DNA from: Candidatus Melainabacteria bacterium
GTDB lineage: Bacteria; Cyanobacteriota; Vampirovibrionia; 2-02-FULL-35-15
Length of the DNA stretch: 49,510 nucleotides
Reading direction: 5' to 3'
Assembly: GCA_023250205.1 (NCBI GenBank)
Contig: JAHFBE010000004.1
Location: forward strand, 4,359 to 53,868
Shown here: one piece after another, positions 48,155-49,510 of the stretch
How the letters are laid out: each line of letters starts with the position of its first letter
How positions within the stretch are numbered: the stretch's first letter is position 1
Made by a program: the position numbers and the translations under genes
The notes under the pieces: generated by a model
What the model was told of the DNA's origin: nothing
Databases searched by the model: none
Seen by the model: only the letters and a program-made list of their open reading frames with translations

Positions 48155-48718
48155 TTAAAATATGGAGCTTTTCTTTAATGGCTCAGCATATTGATACTGT
48201 GGTTGAGATTGTTCTTTCTCTTTTGATCTTCCCCAGAAGGCATCTTTTAATGCTCTTGCTTCTTGAGACTCTGTGTTTATTGTGAAGTTGCTTGGTGCAA
48301 AGATAAATACGCCTTGCCCAATTCTTTGTTGGTGCCCATCTAGTGCATGAGTGGCTCCTGAGAGAAAATCAACAACTCTTTGTGATTGTTCTGTATCAAG
48401 ATATTGAAGATTTAATACAACTGATCTTCTGCATCTTAATTCTTCAATGATGTCAAGGGCTTCATCAAATGATCTTGGCTCAATAACAACTACCTCGCTT
48501 TGAGGTGTTAATGTTGGATGTTCTATCACGTTGTTCTCCTTTATTTTTAAATTTGGACTTCCAATACTTTTATCTTTTTTGTGGATTATGCGATTTAGAA
48601 AAGTAGAGGGTGTTTCAGTTTCCTCCATTTTCCACAATTCATCAAAATCATGAGAATCGTATATATCAGCTTCATGTTCCCCATACCATGCCTTTTTAAT
48701 GTTTTCTAAAATACTCAA
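48155..48718 (-). CDS. sepF: Cell division protein SepF
   Basis: VIEPRSFDEA, VVLNL, QRVVDFLSGATHALDG and IFAPSN; follows yggS; GGAGG SD. Confidence 0.93.
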   Translation of the reverse strand: MSILENIKKAWYGEHEADIYDSHDFDELWKMEETETPSTFLNRIIHKKDKSIGSPNLKIKENNVIEHPTLTPQSEVVVIEPRSFDEALDIIEELRCRRSVVLNLQYLDTEQSQRVVDFLSGATHALDGHQQRIGQGVFIFAPSNFTINTESQEARALKDAFWGRSKEKEQSQPQYQYAEPLKKSSIF

Positions 48719-48741
48719 TTGCCCACCCTCCGTTTCAAAAA

Positions 48742-49419
48742 TCAGTCCTTAAATAATCCTTTTCCAATTCGTACCATTGTCGTTCCACATTCAAGAGCTA
48801 TTTTGTAATCGCTAGTCATCCCCATTGAAAGTTCTTTTATATCGGTCATGAAATTTTTATTTAGCTCCTCTTTTAAATTTGATAACTCTATAAAACACTT
48901 TCTTATAAGCTGCTTATCTTCTGTCTTAGGTGCAATGGTCATAAGCCCTTTGATTCTTATATTTGGAAGATTTATTAATTCTCCAAATGAATCCTTTAAA
49001 CCTTGCTGGCTAAAGCCTGCTTTTGTTTCTTCTTCAGAAATATTTACTTGAAGTAAAATATCCTGAACAAGCTTGTTACCATTTGCAACTTTATTTATCA
49101 GTTCTGCTAATTCCAGAGAATCAACTGAGTGTATTAAACAAAAAATTCCAATTATTTGTTTAACTTTATTCTTTTGAAGCCTTCCTATAAAATGCCAGTT
49201 AATTAAATCGTTTAGATTCTCATACTGAGATTTTTTAGAAATCTTCTCTAGGGCATCCTGCAAATAACTTTCGCCAAAGTCTCTTATGCCTAGATTGTAT
49301 GCTTCAATAATTTGGTTCTGGCTAGCATACTTTGTTACAGCAATAATTTTGACACTGAGATTATCTATTTGTTCCTTAATTTTTATTAGGTTTTCTTTTG
49401 TACCCACAGGATCTTTCAA
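48742..49419 (-). CDS. yggS: PLP homeostasis protein YggS/PipY
   Basis: IIAVTK, FGESY, WHFIGRLQKNK, IHSVDS, GLMTI, LSMGMTSD and MVRIG. Confidence 0.95.
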   Translation of the reverse strand: MKDPVGTKENLIKIKEQIDNLSVKIIAVTKYASQNQIIEAYNLGIRDFGESYLQDALEKISKKSQYENLNDLINWHFIGRLQKNKVKQIIGIFCLIHSVDSLELAELINKVANGNKLVQDILLQVNISEEETKAGFSQQGLKDSFGELINLPNIRIKGLMTIAPKTEDKQLIRKCFIELSNLKEELNKNFMTDIKELSMGMTSDYKIALECGTTMVRIGKGLFKD

Positions 49420-49510
49420 GATATTTTCATTATCAAATTACCAACTGCTCATATTAATAGAATCACTAACTTTAGATAACTTGTCAAGAGAAATAAATTT
49501 TTTGTTTTAC

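Noticed and set aside
49420-49510. Possible upstream gene end (e.g. pipX) or a TTGACA promoter for yggS
   Set aside because: No recognisable protein in the short frames, and the minus-strand TTGACA has no good -10 at 16-18 nt; too little sequence to call.
1-49510. tRNA, rRNA or riboswitch genes
   Set aside because: No cloverleaf, rRNA-like or known riboswitch consensus was recognised by eye. An Rfam/tRNAscan run is needed to exclude them.

Overview
AT-rich bacterial chromosomal window. Its housekeeping genes look cyanobacterial (clpB, glyA followed by a GT4/WecA-like gene, rpsU, mgtE, LabA/NYN, short metG with KMGKT, yggS-sepF) but there are no photosynthesis genes. This fits a non-photosynthetic Cyanobacteriota relative (Melainabacteria/Vampirovibrionia); the taxonomy is inference. 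Accessory content includes a split aprA/aprB-like APS reductase pair, many lineage-specific hypothetical proteins, two signal-less dockerin-repeat proteins flanking a coiled-coil repeat protein, an NHL-propeller + 3.5-kaa PKD/IPT protein + small-gene operon, and a REP-associated tyrosine transposase (RAYT). The strongest leads are: (1) a MutL whose canonical C-terminal endonuclease domain appears replaced by a Zn-binding HNH nuclease; (2) a 19-bp palindrome ATGTAACC-N3-GGTTACAT centred on the mutL start codon and present twice more upstream of the RAYT gene; (3) a GTCATT(GCG/CTG)AG palindromic repeat family with 5 intergenic copies and 4 copies translated in frame inside the giant surface protein; (4) an AprB-like ferredoxin ending in a CysE-like G-x-G-I tail; (5) widespread leaderless-type promoters and a recurrent TTAA-N7-TTAA motif. 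All calls come from reading the sequence; no database searches were run.
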